Shown here: positions 30,842 through 44,258 of the stretch, piece by piece
How the letters are laid out: each line of letters opens with the position of its first letter
Position numbering within the stretch: the first letter of the stretch is position 1
Assembly: GCA_964640635.1 (NCBI GenBank)
Contig: CAZXFD010000001.1
Span: 17,273-81,272, forward strand
From: an uncultured Gammaproteobacteria bacterium
GTDB taxonomy: Bacteria; Patescibacteriota; Patescibacteriia; UBA1558; S5-K13
Reading direction: 5' to 3'
DNA length: 64,000 nt
Translations under genes and position numbers: made by a program
Notes under the pieces: model-generated
The model's input: only the letters and a program-made list of their open reading frames with translations
What the model was told of the DNA's origin: nothing
The model's database searches: none

Positions 30842-31132
30842 ATGGATTCAATCAAAAATATATTACCAAGTAGCCTCTTTCGAAACAAAATCAAGTCTCA
30901 AGTAGATGCTTGTAATGTTCTTGAAGAATTTAGAATTCTTGTTAGAAATGTGTGGGGAGAAGAGGTCGTTGCTATGGCAGACCCTAAATATTTGAAAGAA
31001 GGCATACTTTTTGTTATATGCTCTTCTTCGACTGTGTCGGCAGCGCTTTTTATGGCAAAGAAAAAAATAATAGAGGAAATAAATAATAAAATGGAGTCAG
31101 ACGTTGTAAAAGATATAGTTTTTAGGATATAG
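30842..31132 (+). CDS. DUF721/DciA-like protein
   Basis: 'GILFVICSSSTVSAALFMAKKKIIEEIN...VKDIVF'; in-frame ATG at 30842. Confidence 0.7.
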   Translation: MDSIKNILPSSLFRNKIKSQVDACNVLEEFRILVRNVWGEEVVAMADPKYLKEGILFVICSSSTVSAALFMAKKKIIEEINNKMESDVVKDIVFRI

Positions 31133-31200
31133 GAATAGGGGTATGAGGCAAGGGGCTAGATATATGGAATAAGGTATTGTAGATGAGGGGATAGATCTGG

Positions 31201-31263
31201 CAGCTTTATCGATGTAGGGCTGTTTTTTATAGAAATAAAAAAGCGTCTCTTTTCGAGAGACGC
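31201..31263. terminator. Back-to-back terminators (plus strand 31201-31229; minus strand 31237-31263)
   Basis: cagcttta...tagggctg+T tract; A tract+gcgtctct-tttcg-agagacgc. Confidence 0.7.
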
Positions 31264-31349
31264 ATAACTTGGACTAAGTCCCTTTATCCATTGGACCATC
31301 CTCCATATATTTATTAATGTAATTATAGCATATTATAATTATTTGTCAA
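31237..31349 (-). ncRNA. Mini transcription unit (sRNA or 5-10 aa micro-ORF)
   Basis: TTGACA-N16-TATAAT with extended TG; GGAGG; ATG GAT AAA GGG ACT TAG; terminator. Confidence 0.45.
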
Positions 31350-31521
31350 TAGTGCTATTGTGGGCAAGTTTATGGGCGTATTAACACCTTGGGGGCGTAG
31401 TAGAAAGGTTGTTTTTCACTTATTTTTTGCTATAATAAGTATGTGATTCTTGTTAGATAAATATTTAAAATAGGATTTTAATATTTAACAGGGTTCTTTG
31501 ATTTATTAAATATATAAATAA

Positions 31522-31926
31522 ATGAATTTACAGAAGTTTCTTATTTTTATGATAATAGGTAGTTTTATAAGTCTTTTTGCATGGATTATTGTGCTTTTAT
31601 TTATAAATCCTACAGAATCAGGGCCAGTTTTGATGCTCCTTTTTTATCTTAGCTTAGGTCTTACAGTTTTAGGATTTTTCACAATTTTTGGGTTTATGAT
31701 ACGAAAATTTGGTTCCAAAAAAGAACCTGTTTTTGAGCAAGTAATTATTTCTTTTAGACAAGCACTTTGGATTTCTTTTGTTGTTGTTATTTCCTTATTT
31801 TTAAAATCAAAAGGACTTTTGAATTGGACCAATGAAATATTGCTTATTTTGGCACTTTCTCTTATTGAATTCTTTTGTCTTAGCACAAAAGATAAAGACG
31901 TAGAAAATAAAATAAACATTCATTAA
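31522..31926 (+). CDS. Four-TM hypothetical membrane protein
   Basis: Hydrophobic helices; 'INP', 'LFYLSL', 'SFRQA'. Confidence 0.75.
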   Translation: MNLQKFLIFMIIGSFISLFAWIIVLLFINPTESGPVLMLLFYLSLGLTVLGFFTIFGFMIRKFGSKKEPVFEQVIISFRQALWISFVVVISLFLKSKGLLNWTNEILLILALSLIEFFCLSTKDKDVENKINIH

Positions 31927-31948
31927 ACTTATTAATTGTATTAATTTC

Positions 31949-32989
31949 ATGCAAAATATATTAACTTCGATAAAACAAAAAGCACTCAAAGAGCTGGAAA
32001 ATATAAAATCTTCAGATGAGTATATTAAACTTGAAAAAAAATATTTAGGACGTAATGGTGAATTTACTAAGGCAATAAAAGATATAAAAAATTTAGCAGA
32101 AAAAGAACGTCCTATTATTGGTAAGCTAGCAAATGAAATAAGAATAGATTTGGAAAACGGTTTCAATAAAATAAAAATTGATATTTCAGATACTGTAGAT
32201 GATATAAAGAATTCTATTTTTTCAATGGATCCAACAATACAGGCTAAAAAGCAAGAAATAGGTCATCTTCACCCTACTACGCTTGTTCAAAATGAACTTA
32301 TGGACATTTTCGCTTCTATGGGTTTTATGATTTTAGAAGGGCCAGAGCTTGAGTCAGATTATTATAATTTTGAGGCTTTGAATATTCCTGCAACTCATCC
32401 AGCTCGCGATATGCAGGATACTTATTTTATAAAACCAGATAAAAAACTATGTTCGTCTCAGATGGTTTTAAGAACTCATACTTCAAATATGGAAGTTAGA
32501 ACAATGCATGAATATGGCGCTCCATTAAAAGCAATTTTTCCTGGAAAATGTTATAGAAACGAAGCAATAGATGTTTGTCATGATAATTCTTTTTATCAAT
32601 TGGAAGGAATGGTTATAGATAAAAATATTTCAGTGGCAAATCTTATCGCTATTATGGAAGAATTTTTATCCAAGGTTTTTAAAAGGGACGTGAAAACAAA
32701 ATTACGACCAGGATATTTTCCATTTGTTGAACCTGGTTTTGAATTAGATATGAATTGTATTATTTGTGAAGGAGAGGGTTGTCCATCTTGCAAGAATAGT
32801 GGCTGGCTTGAAATGATCGGATGTGGACTTCTGCATCCAAATGTTTTAAAAAATGGAGGAGTAGATCCAGATAAATATAGTGGTCTTGCATTTGGATTAG
32901 GAGTTACAAGAATGATAATGATGCTTTATCAAATAGGTGATATAAGGTTAATGCATTCTGGAGATTTAAGATTTACGAAACAATTTTAA
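31949..32989 (+). CDS. pheS: Phenylalanine--tRNA ligase alpha subunit
   Basis: GHLHP, HPARDMQDT, LRTHTS, YFPFVEP, AFGLG. Confidence 0.97.
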   Translation: MQNILTSIKQKALKELENIKSSDEYIKLEKKYLGRNGEFTKAIKDIKNLAEKERPIIGKLANEIRIDLENGFNKIKIDISDTVDDIKNSIFSMDPTIQAKKQEIGHLHPTTLVQNELMDIFASMGFMILEGPELESDYYNFEALNIPATHPARDMQDTYFIKPDKKLCSSQMVLRTHTSNMEVRTMHEYGAPLKAIFPGKCYRNEAIDVCHDNSFYQLEGMVIDKNISVANLIAIMEEFLSKVFKRDVKTKLRPGYFPFVEPGFELDMNCIICEGEGCPSCKNSGWLEMIGCGLLHPNVLKNGGVDPDKYSGLAFGLGVTRMIMMLYQIGDIRLMHSGDLRFTKQF

Positions 32990-32995
32990 TAAAAT

Positions 32996-33089
32996 AGTCA
33001 AAAAGTCGAAAAGCGAAAGTCGTAAATAATGTTCTAGCTTTTTAAAAATACTTTTCACTTTTGCCTTTTCACTTTTTAACTTTAAACTT
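32996..33089. repeat. 7-nt-period repeat with complementary arms between pheS and pheT
   Basis: agtcaaaaagtcgaaaagcgaaagtcg...cttttca cttttgc cttttca ctttttaa ctttaaa. Confidence 0.65.
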
Positions 33090-33095
33090 AATACC

Positions 33096-35522
33096 ATGTT
33101 GATATCCTTAAAATGGCTTAAAAATTATATAAATATTCCAAATGATATTAGTCCTTTAGAATTGGCAAATAAAATTACAACCTCTGTTGTTGAAATAAAT
33201 GATGTTATTTTTCAAGGTGAGCACTTAGAAAATATAGTTGTTGGAAATATTATTGAAATAAACAAACATCCAAACGCAGATAAGCTAAATATTTGTCAGG
33301 TAGATACAGGACGTCATGGCATTTTAAAAATTGTTTGTGGAGGAAACAATGTAAGAAAAGATATGACAGTTCCAGTGGTATTGCCAGGCGCAAGGGTAAA
33401 GTGGCACGGACAAGGAGATCTTATTACTCTAGAGAAAACAAGTATAAGAGGTGTTGAATCAGATGGAATGATTGCTTCGGTAGAGGAAATTGGAATATCT
33501 TCAAAATATTATTGTGAGGGTGGAATTGCAGATTTAGATTTAGATAAATCATATATTGGCTCAGATCTCAAGACAGCCCTTGGATTAGATGATGTAATTT
33601 TTGATATAGAAAATAAAACTCTTACAAATAGACCAGATTTGTGGGGGCACTATGGGATGGCAAGAGAAATAGCGGTTCTTCTCGGTGTAAAATTTAAGAA
33701 TATGATTTTTGATGATGCAATATTTAGTAAGCCAGATAAAAAATGTCTTTTTGATGTTGTCATAGAAGATACAGTTGCTTGTCCCAGATACGTTGGTATT
33801 GTTGTAAAAGATATAAAAATTAAAGAATCTCCACAGTGGCTTGTAAGACAACTCGAAGCAGTGAATATAAAATCAATAAATAATATAGTAGACATAACAA
33901 ATTTTGTAATGATGGAGCTTGGACAACCACTTCACGCATTTGACTTAAAAAGTATAGATTCTTTTCGTATTATAGTAAGAAAAGCAAAAGCAAAAGAGAA
34001 ATTTAAAACATTAGATGATCAAGAGAGAATATTAACTAGTGAAGATTTATTAATTTGTGATGCAAAAAAACCTATTGCAATTGCAGGAATTATGGGTGGA
34101 AAAAATAGCGAAATAAAAAATACGACAACAGATATTTTTATAGAGTCAGCAAGTTTTGAAGCTATATCTATTAGAAAAACATCAAATAGATTAGGTCTTA
34201 GAACAGAAGCAAGTACAAGGTTTGAAAAATCGCTAGACCCAAATCTCACAAGAAAGGCTATTATAAGAGCAGTAGAGCTTATTAAACAATTAAATTTAGA
34301 AAGCTTGCATTGTGGCAAGTTGATAGACCAAGACTTCTCCGATAGAAAAGAAAGTAAACTTAACGTATCAATTGATTTTATAAATCAAAAACTTGGTTTT
34401 GAAATTCCCACAAAAGATATTTTAAATATTTTAAGTGGATTGAATTTTTCTCCAAAAGAAAAAAGAGATAACTCAATAGATGTTGTTATTCCAACTTATC
34501 GTGGTGGAGCAGATATAAAAATAAAAGAAGATATAGTTGAGGAGGTTGCAAGAATTTATGGATATAATAATATCAAAGGAATTTATCCAGTTTTAGAAAT
34601 CAAAGCCCCTTTTATTGATAAATCTATTTTATTTGAAAGAAATATAAAAAATTTCGTATCTAGAGATTTGAAATACAATGAAGTATATAATTATTCAATG
34701 ATTTCGGGTGATGATATAAGTAATATTTTGGAAAAAAGTGATAATTTTATAGAGCTTGCAAATTCTGTTTCAAAAAATATAAAATATTTAAGAAATTCTC
34801 TTGCGGTGGGTATATTAAAAAATATGAAAGACAACTTAAGATATTTTAAGAAGTTTCAATTATTTGAAGTTGGTAGGGTTTTTTCAAAAGATATGGGTGA
34901 ATATAAAGTAGATATAGAATCAGGGGAATTTTTACCAAAACAAGATAAAATTTTAGCTATTTCTAGCGTGGGAGCAGATTATTATTCTTTTAAAGGGGAT
35001 TTGGAGCTTATTTTGAGTAATTTTGGAATTAAGTATATTTCTAAAATTGGAGAGAATGTTTTTTGTGAAAAAGAGGGTATTTTGGGATATTATGTTGATG
35101 AAAAATTGGTTGCTTTTTTGGGAATTGTTTCAGATGAAATAAGACGTAATTTTGATATAAAAGAAAGGGTTTTGTATGCAGAAATTAATCTTTCAAAAAT
35201 TCTTAAGTATAAGCAAAATTTGAAATATTATAAGCCATTACCAAAGTATCCAAGCATGACTTATGATATTTCGATGGTGGTTTCAAATAGTTTGCTTTGG
35301 CAAGATATAGAGCAGGCAGTGACAGCAATTTCTCCACTAATTGAAACAATAGAAATTTTTGATGTGTATGATGGAGAAAAGATAGAAAAAGGAAAAAGAT
35401 CTTTAGCTTTTCATATTGTTTTTAGTGATGCAACAAGAACTCTAACAAGTAAAGAAACAGAAAATGCTATGAAATCTATAAAGAAAATGCTCGTTGATAA
35501 ATTCAAGGTAAGTATTAGATAA
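33096..35522 (+). CDS. pheT: Phenylalanine--tRNA ligase beta subunit
   Basis: HPNADKL, NRPDL, GQPLHAFD, EEVARIYGY, C-terminal FDX-ACB domain. Confidence 0.97.
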   Translation: MLISLKWLKNYINIPNDISPLELANKITTSVVEINDVIFQGEHLENIVVGNIIEINKHPNADKLNICQVDTGRHGILKIVCGGNNVRKDMTVPVVLPGARVKWHGQGDLITLEKTSIRGVESDGMIASVEEIGISSKYYCEGGIADLDLDKSYIGSDLKTALGLDDVIFDIENKTLTNRPDLWGHYGMAREIAVLLGVKFKNMIFDDAIFSKPDKKCLFDVVIEDTVACPRYVGIVVKDIKIKESPQWLVRQLEAVNIKSINNIVDITNFVMMELGQPLHAFDLKSIDSFRIIVRKAKAKEKFKTLDDQERILTSEDLLICDAKKPIAIAGIMGGKNSEIKNTTTDIFIESASFEAISIRKTSNRLGLRTEASTRFEKSLDPNLTRKAIIRAVELIKQLNLESLHCGKLIDQDFSDRKESKLNVSIDFINQKLGFEIPTKDILNILSGLNFSPKEKRDNSIDVVIPTYRGGADIKIKEDIVEEVARIYGYNNIKGIYPVLEIKAPFIDKSILFERNIKNFVSRDLKYNEVYNYSMISGDDISNILEKSDNFIELANSVSKNIKYLRNSLAVGILKNMKDNLRYFKKFQLFEVGRVFSKDMGEYKVDIESGEFLPKQDKILAISSVGADYYSFKGDLELILSNFGIKYISKIGENVFCEKEGILGYYVDEKLVAFLGIVSDEIRRNFDIKERVLYAEINLSKILKYKQNLKYYKPLPKYPSMTYDISMVVSNSLLWQDIEQAVTAISPLIETIEIFDVYDGEKIEKGKRSLAFHIVFSDATRTLTSKETENAMKSIKKMLVDKFKVSIR

Positions 35523-35547
35523 ATTGTTTAATAAATAAATTAAAATT

Positions 35548-35904
35548 ATGCAAGAGATAAAAAAAATATTACCAAGTTCTTTGGCTAAATATTTATCTAT
35601 AGTAGCCTCAATGGCAATCTTGTTGAGTGGAATTTTAAGTCTTTTGTTAAATTTGGTAAATTTAGAAACTCAATTATATAGATGGCCTGAGTATTTAATA
35701 AATATTTTGGTCGGAACTATATTCGCTTATATTGTTTTTGGAATTATAGGATATTTATTTGCGAGTTTGTATAACTTTTTATCATCAAAGACGACTGGAA
35801 TTATTATTGAGACGAAAGATATTGATTTAGAATTATCGTATTTAAAGAAGAAAAAAGAATTAAAAGTTGATAAAAAAGAAGACGAAGAACGATTTATTGT
35901 TTAG
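35548..35904 (+). CDS. Two-TM hypothetical protein (DUF3566-like)
   Basis: 'EIKKI...SLAK', 'LYNFLS...GIIIE'. Confidence 0.6.
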   Translation: MQEIKKILPSSLAKYLSIVASMAILLSGILSLLLNLVNLETQLYRWPEYLINILVGTIFAYIVFGIIGYLFASLYNFLSSKTTGIIIETKDIDLELSYLKKKKELKVDKKEDEERFIV

Positions 35905-35918
35905 TGATCTATGATTAA

Positions 35919-35944
35919 GGGCTCCTCATTTTGGGGAGTTTTTT
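35919..35944 (+). terminator. Intrinsic terminator
   Basis: ggctcctca ttt tggggagtt + T tract. Confidence 0.65.
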
Positions 35945-36002
35945 GATCCTTTTGGTTTATAAATTAGCCTTATTTTAGCCCTTATAATGGCATTAAAACA
36001 TC

Positions 36003-36031
36003 TTGAATTTAATGCTTTTTTTTGATATAAT
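36003..36031 (+). promoter_or_regulatory. gyrB promoter
   Basis: TTGAAT-N17-TATAAT with extended TG. Confidence 0.6.
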
Positions 36032-36050
36032 TACACTAGAATTCTAATGA

Positions 36051-38126
<2,076 letters not shown>

Positions 38127-38180
38127 CATAGTGTTTAGTAGTTAGGGTTTAGTATTTAGATATAAATATAATATTTATAT

Positions 38181-38214
38181 AAAAAAAGAGGACTGGGTAT
38201 TCCAGTCCTTTTTT
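38181..38214. terminator. Bidirectional terminator
   Basis: A tract-aggactgg-gtatt-ccagtcct-T tract between convergent genes. Confidence 0.8.
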
Positions 38215-38252
38215 GGTGTTTTGATTTTTTGATTAGATGTTTATTTTTTTGT

Positions 38253-39221
38253 TTATTCATCATCATTTTCATCTCTTATTTCACCAACAATTTCTTCAAG
38301 CATATCTTCAAGTGTAAGCATGCCTATTAGTTGTTCTTTGTTTCTATATACAAGAGCAATATGAATTCTTCGTTTTATCATTTTTTTGAGAATTTTGTCT
38401 ATTTTTGTATCTTCATTTACTGTTATGATTGGTTCTACATATTTTTTTATTTCATCTTCTCTGTTGTCACTATTTAAAACTCTCATAATATCTATTATGT
38501 GAACATATCCAATAATATTGTCTTCTTGATTGTGAAAAACGGGATATCTACTAAAACCCTCTTCTGAAATAAAATGTGCTATTTTATCAATTTCAGCATC
38601 TTCGTTTATAACAGACATTTTGTATCTAGGAGTCATAACTTCTTTTGCTGTTTTTTCTTCAAAATTAATAATATTCATTATCATTTCATGTTCTTTGAAT
38701 TTTAAAACTCCATGTTCTACGGCGAGTCTACTAAAAGCCTTAAACTCTTGTTCGGAAACAATATTTTTCATTTTATTGCCAGTTATTAGTCTCAGTAATT
38801 TTTCAAGCAATATAACTATTGGATAAAATATTATTTCTAAAGCATATATTATTGGAGAAAACATTAGGGCGAGTTTTTCTGCGTGATTTTGAGCAAATGC
38901 TTTTGGGCACATTTCCCCGAATATAAGTATCAAAAGCGTCATTACACCTGTTGCTATTCCAAGTGCGCCATTTTCAAATTTTTGTTCTACCCAAAGACTC
39001 ATCATGCCAGCAGCTGTAATATTTACTAGATTATTGCCAAGCAATATTACTACAAGTAGTCTTTTCTTATTTTTGAGAAGTTTTTCTAATAGTTTGGCAT
39101 TTTTTTTCTTTGCCATGACCATTGATTTCACAGATCCAGGAGTCGTTGAAAAAAGAGCTATTTCAGTTCCAGAAAACCAAGCAGACATAATGAGTAGTAT
39201 AATAATCCAAACAAAAAACAT
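38253..39221 (-). CDS. CNNM/DUF21 + CBS domain (hemolysin/CorC-like) protein
   Basis: 'SAWFSGTEIALFS', 'ILLGNNLVN', 'FGEMCPK', 'FSRYPV', 'TLEDMLEEIVGEI'. Confidence 0.9.
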   Translation of the reverse strand: MFFVWIIILLIMSAWFSGTEIALFSTTPGSVKSMVMAKKKNAKLLEKLLKNKKRLLVVILLGNNLVNITAAGMMSLWVEQKFENGALGIATGVMTLLILIFGEMCPKAFAQNHAEKLALMFSPIIYALEIIFYPIVILLEKLLRLITGNKMKNIVSEQEFKAFSRLAVEHGVLKFKEHEMIMNIINFEEKTAKEVMTPRYKMSVINEDAEIDKIAHFISEEGFSRYPVFHNQEDNIIGYVHIIDIMRVLNSDNREDEIKKYVEPIITVNEDTKIDKILKKMIKRRIHIALVYRNKEQLIGMLTLEDMLEEIVGEIRDENDDE

Positions 39222-39303
39222 GTTATTTATTTTTTTAGTTTATCAATACATTAAGAATAACACAGGATTTGTATGGTAGCAATTTGAGACTAATAGAGGA
39301 ATA

Positions 39304-39332
39304 TTGACAAGAGATGTGGCTTGATATAAGAT
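39304..39332 (+). promoter_or_regulatory. groES promoter
   Basis: TTGACA-N17-TAAGAT just upstream of CIRCE. Confidence 0.65.
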
Positions 39333-39342
39333 TATATATGAG

Positions 39343-39369
39343 TTAGCACTTGTGAGTTATGAGTGCTAA
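39343..39369 (+). promoter_or_regulatory. CIRCE element (HrcA operator)
   Basis: TTAGCACTT-N9-GAGTGCTAA, one mismatch to TTAGCACTC-N9-GAGTGCTAA. Confidence 0.93.
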
Positions 39370-39452
39370 AAATAATAATAAACTAAGTCTCAGAATATTG
39401 CTTTGGGAGTATTTCCTGAAAGCTGAGAGCTGAGGCCTGAAAGCTAAAATAT

Positions 39453-39743
39453 ATGCAATTAAAGCCAATTTTTGACAATATAGTTGTCAAGAAAGTTAGT
39501 ATGGAAGAAAAAACAAAAAGCGGGATAGTTCTTCCAGATACAATTGATAAAGAAAAACCACAACAAGGAGAAGTGATTGCAGTAGGAACTGGTAAAATAT
39601 TAGACAATGGAACAAGATCTCAAATGGAGGTTAAGGTCGGGGATAAAGTATTATTTAGAAAATATGCACCAGATGAAATCAAAATCGACGGAGAAGAATA
39701 TTTGGTAATGACTCAAACAGATGTAATAGCTATCATAGAATAA
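39453..39743 (+). CDS. groES: Co-chaperonin GroES
   Basis: LKPIFD, TKSGIVLP, VIAVGTG, VKVGDKV. Confidence 0.98.
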   Translation: MQLKPIFDNIVVKKVSMEEKTKSGIVLPDTIDKEKPQQGEVIAVGTGKILDNGTRSQMEVKVGDKVLFRKYAPDEIKIDGEEYLVMTQTDVIAIIE

Positions 39744-39831
39744 TAAACAAAGAATTTTGAATTATGAATTTAGAATTTTGAATAAATTATTAAATTAACT
39801 AATTTTGAAAATAAACAATTAAATTTAGCGA

Positions 39832-41538
<1,707 letters not shown>

Positions 41539-41562
41539 TAAACACAAAATATGTATTTAATT

Positions 41563-41591
41563 GTAGAGATGGGTTTGAAACCCATCTTTAC
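41563..41591. repeat. GTAG-type REP palindrome / terminator
   Basis: gtagagatgggtttgaaacccatctttac. Confidence 0.65.
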
Positions 41592-41697
41592 GTTTTTATT
41601 TATCTGGATATCCGCTCCCATATAAAAATCCTTTATTTTATACTGATTTTATTCTATAATATAAGAAGTTGTTAAATAATTTACTTATTTTTGTATT

Positions 41698-42384
41698 ATG
41701 AATTTTAAAGAAGATAATAAAAATTTAGATGATTCTATATCAGTAGATAGTAAATATAATATTTCAAAAAGTTTTTCCATAGACGATGTTTTATATGAAG
41801 AGAAAATAAAAAGTAGCGCTTTTAATAATCTCAATAATAACAATAAGAAAAAGGAATATATTTCTTTTGGCATAGATAAAGATGAACTTCAAAAAAGACT
41901 TTCATCTCATGATAGTTCTCGCCCGGAATATAGAAATGCTTTTGCTTCAAAAGAGGATGAAAAAATAGAAGACAATAGACAAGATATTTCTTGGTATATG
42001 AAAATGGTCAAATGGCCAGCAATGTTTATTGTCCTTATAAATTTTTTGATTATAATAAAAGAGAGCACAAACTATTTAGGTAGTTTTGTTTTTTTGGATT
42101 ATATAAGGCTTCCATTTGAAATATGCGTATTTATTGTCCTTTCCTATGTAGTGGTTCAAAAAAAACATCAAATTCCAAAAATATCAGGTATTGCCGGAGC
42201 AATTTGTGGATTTATGTCTGGAATTGTTATTTCAACTATTGAACTTTTTGTATATAGAGAAATGTGGGCTATTTTTAACTTAGCAATGACAACCTCATTA
42301 CTTGTTTTAATAGGTCTAATGACAGGGCTTGTTTTTGGCGCTATTTTTTATCAAGATAAAAAAGTTTTATTAACGAATAAATAA
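41698..42384 (+). CDS. Hypothetical membrane protein (four C-terminal TM)
   Basis: Hydrophilic N-terminal half, hydrophobic C-terminal half. Confidence 0.65.
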   Translation: MNFKEDNKNLDDSISVDSKYNISKSFSIDDVLYEEKIKSSAFNNLNNNNKKKEYISFGIDKDELQKRLSSHDSSRPEYRNAFASKEDEKIEDNRQDISWYMKMVKWPAMFIVLINFLIIIKESTNYLGSFVFLDYIRLPFEICVFIVLSYVVVQKKHQIPKISGIAGAICGFMSGIVISTIELFVYREMWAIFNLAMTTSLLVLIGLMTGLVFGAIFYQDKKVLLTNK

Positions 42385-42388
42385 AAAT

Positions 42389-42703
42389 ATGGAAAAGAAT
42401 CAAAATTTAAATTTTAATTTAAGCACAAATAAAAAATTAGCAGTTCTTAGCTATCTATGGGTTTTTTGTTTTGTGCCTATTTTATTTTCTCGTGATGAAT
42501 TTGTAAAATTTCATGCAAAGCAAGGACTAGTATTATTTTTTGTAGAGGTAGCGTTAGTGTTTGTTGCATGGATTCCTATTTTGGGATGGTTGCTTAGCGT
42601 GGTAGTTGTTATTATGGCAGCTTTAGGAATTAGGTCAGCGTTAAGTGGAGAGAAATGGGAAATGCCTTATATTAATAATTTAGCAAAAAAAATTAAACTA
42701 TGA
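42389..42703 (+). CDS. DUF4870/Tic20-like membrane protein
   Basis: 'LAVLSYL', 'FVKFHAKQG', 'A..GEKWEMP'. Confidence 0.8.
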   Translation: MEKNQNLNFNLSTNKKLAVLSYLWVFCFVPILFSRDEFVKFHAKQGLVLFFVEVALVFVAWIPILGWLLSVVVVIMAALGIRSALSGEKWEMPYINNLAKKIKL

Positions 42704-44130
42704 AAAGAACAAAAATTGTAGCAACGATAGGACCGTCTTCATCGAGTTATGAAAAACTTTTGGAAATGGCCAAATCTGGGATGAATGTGTGTCGATTAAA
42801 TTTTTCTCACAATTCACATGCAAGTCATTTGGAAGTTATTGAAAATATCAAAAAAGTAAGAGAAACTCTTAATATTCCACTTGCTATAATGCAAGATTTG
42901 CAAGGCCCTAAAATTAGGGTAGGAAGTGTATCAAATGATGGAATAGGAATTTATAGAGATGAAATCGTGGCATTAATTAGTGAAAAAATATTAAACTATA
43001 AATTATTAGTAGGATCTGAAAATAAAATTATTCCAGTATCTTTTCCAATTCATGAAGTTGTAAAAAAGAATTCTACAATAATGATTCATGATGGACTTAT
43101 TGAATTAAAAGTAAAAAAGATTTTAAAAGAATCTGTTTTATGTCAGGTCGTATCTGGAGGAACAGTTTTTTCTTATAAGGGAATTAATATTCCTCACGTT
43201 GATGTAAAAGAAAAAGCACTTACAAGAAAAGATTTGGAAGATTTGAAATTTGGTTTGAAGCATGATGTTGATTGGGTTGCATTGTCATTTGTAAAAAAAG
43301 CTTCTGATATAGCTGATTTAAAAAGAGCTATAAAAAGATATAAACCAAGTTCAAAAGTAAAAATAATGGCTAAGATAGAAACACCAGAATCTTTGAAAAA
43401 TATAAAAAGTATTATAGAAGAGGTTGATGGAATAATGGTGGCTCGTGGAGATTTAGGTGTTGAAATTCAGATAGAAAAAGTTCCGATAGTTCAAAAAGAT
43501 TTGATACTTCAATGTATTGAAGCTGGCAAGCCAGTTGTTGTTGCAACCCAGATGCTTGAGTCAATGGTAAAAAATCCAAAACCAACAAGAGCAGAAGTAT
43601 CAGACGTTGCAAATGCCGTAATAGATCATACAGACGCCGTTATGCTTTCTGAAGAAACTGCTTTTGGAAAATATCCACTTGAAACAGTTAAGATGATGAC
43701 AAGAATTATAAGCACAACAGAAGCTTCTCCATATGATGATGTGCTAGAACTTGATTCAAGTGAAAAATTAAAAACATTACTAGCAATATCTGAATCAGCT
43801 AAAGAACTTGTGTTAAATACAAAGGCAAAGTTAATAGTTGTTGCTACAAACTCAGGATATAGCGCTAGAATGGTTTCAAAATTTCGTCCAAGAACCCCTA
43901 TCATAGCTCTAGTAAATGATGATAATATAAAAAGACAATTAGCGATCAGCTGGGGAGTTTATTCTTATGATATGCCAAAATGTCGCACGATAGAGGAGCT
44001 TATGTCAAAGGTAATAGCGTTTATAAAAACTAAGAAACTCGCAAAAAAAGGTGACTTAGCAGTTATTGTTACGGGTCAACCAGTAGGACTTAAAGAAAAT
44101 ATGAATTTGGTAGAATTGCAAAAGATTTAA
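42700..44130 (+). CDS. pyk: Pyruvate kinase
   Basis: RTKIVATIGP, DLQGPKIR, MVARGDLG, ATQMLESM, PTRAE. Confidence 0.97.
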   Translation: MKRTKIVATIGPSSSSYEKLLEMAKSGMNVCRLNFSHNSHASHLEVIENIKKVRETLNIPLAIMQDLQGPKIRVGSVSNDGIGIYRDEIVALISEKILNYKLLVGSENKIIPVSFPIHEVVKKNSTIMIHDGLIELKVKKILKESVLCQVVSGGTVFSYKGINIPHVDVKEKALTRKDLEDLKFGLKHDVDWVALSFVKKASDIADLKRAIKRYKPSSKVKIMAKIETPESLKNIKSIIEEVDGIMVARGDLGVEIQIEKVPIVQKDLILQCIEAGKPVVVATQMLESMVKNPKPTRAEVSDVANAVIDHTDAVMLSEETAFGKYPLETVKMMTRIISTTEASPYDDVLELDSSEKLKTLLAISESAKELVLNTKAKLIVVATNSGYSARMVSKFRPRTPIIALVNDDNIKRQLAISWGVYSYDMPKCRTIEELMSKVIAFIKTKKLAKKGDLAVIVTGQPVGLKENMNLVELQKI

Positions 44131-44143
44131 TTAATTAGTTTTT

Positions 44144-44194
44144 TCCGCCATAGGCGCCTTTCTGTCCGGTAGGCAGAGATCAGCCTTCGGCTGA
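44144..44194. repeat. Cluster of nested short GC-rich palindromes
   Basis: tccgccataggcg / tctgtccggtaggcaga / tcagccttcggctga. Confidence 0.65.
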
Positions 44195-44258
44195 AGTGTT
44201 CTAAATAAAGGGTTTAGTATTTAGATATTTATTTTCCTAATCCCACTAGCCAAATAAA

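Noticed and set aside
31391-31420. tRNA/tmRNA-like start GGGGGCGTAG
   Set aside because: No T-arm, anticodon arm or matching acceptor strand follows
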